This document shows positions 63,742 to 64,000 of a stretch of DNA of 64,000 nucleotides, in pieces; within the stretch, counting starts at the first letter, position 1; every line of letters begins with the position of its first letter. The notes under the pieces are model-generated. The model had not been told where the DNA came from. It ran no database searches and saw nothing but the letters and a program-made list of their open reading frames with translations. The stretch is taken from contig CM120643.1 in assembly GCA_051362555.1 (NCBI GenBank), forward strand, positions 27,098,848 to 27,162,847, in the 5' to 3' direction. The DNA is from Lingula anatina. Its lineage: Eukaryota; Animalia; Brachiopoda. The translations under genes were made by a program, and so were the position numbers.

Positions 63742-64000
63742 ATGAACGACAGCAGGTATCAGAAGATCGGGAAGCGGATTCTGGAGCATGGTCAAATGAT
63801 CCCACTTCTTGATCCAGCCAAGAAGATGCAGGCAGGATCCCATAATAAATCGGCCCTAACGTTGCCTAATGACGTGCGCCACCTGCCTGGCAGTAAACCC
63901 ATGTCTTCCCTGGAGGATATAACCATGGGTGAAGATCAGAGCTCAATTCATAACGACGGAAGTTCCCTGCACGGCCACCACGACGGACCTACCAGCCCCA
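63742..64000 (+). CDS. Probable first coding exon of an unidentified gene running off the right edge
   Basis: ATG after an in-frame stop, 86 open codons to the window end (MNDSRYQKIGKRILEHGQMIPLLDPAKK...), higher GC, TTTTACAG acceptor near 63565. No domain recognised. Confidence 0.5.
   Translation, partial: MNDSRYQKIGKRILEHGQMIPLLDPAKKMQAGSHNKSALTLPNDVRHLPGSKPMSSLEDITMGEDQSSIHNDGSSLHGHHDGPTSP

Overview
AT-rich, intron-containing animal genomic DNA; gene content and repeat style suggest a marine invertebrate, probably a mollusc (inference, not provable here). I reconstructed exons by hand from GT-AG sites and reading phase. In order: (1) 5' exons of a membrane dipeptidase (minus, runs off the left edge); (2) a decayed Gypsy protease remnant; (3) a complete 13-exon, 479-aa stand-alone ATP-dependent RNA ligase of the T4 Rnl1/Trl1 type (plus, 7480-21702). 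Its intron 6 holds a very young intact Gmr1-type Gypsy LTR retrotransposon (SCAN-like gag, integrase before RT), its exon 8 is tandemly duplicated, and its intron 9 holds a Helentron/HINE-like element with 146-bp repeats; (4) a 7-exon PhyH-family Fe(II)/2OG dioxygenase (minus); (5) two tandem genes for secreted, probably GPI-anchored chitin-binding (CBM14/ChtBD2) proteins. The first appears to have two alternative terminal exons separated by a 4.8-kb non-autonomous TGT...ACA transposon with a 6-bp TSD and arrays of subterminal motifs; (6) many MITEs, Tc1 and LINE remnants, and an ORF running off the right edge. No rRNA, tRNA or CRISPR array was seen.
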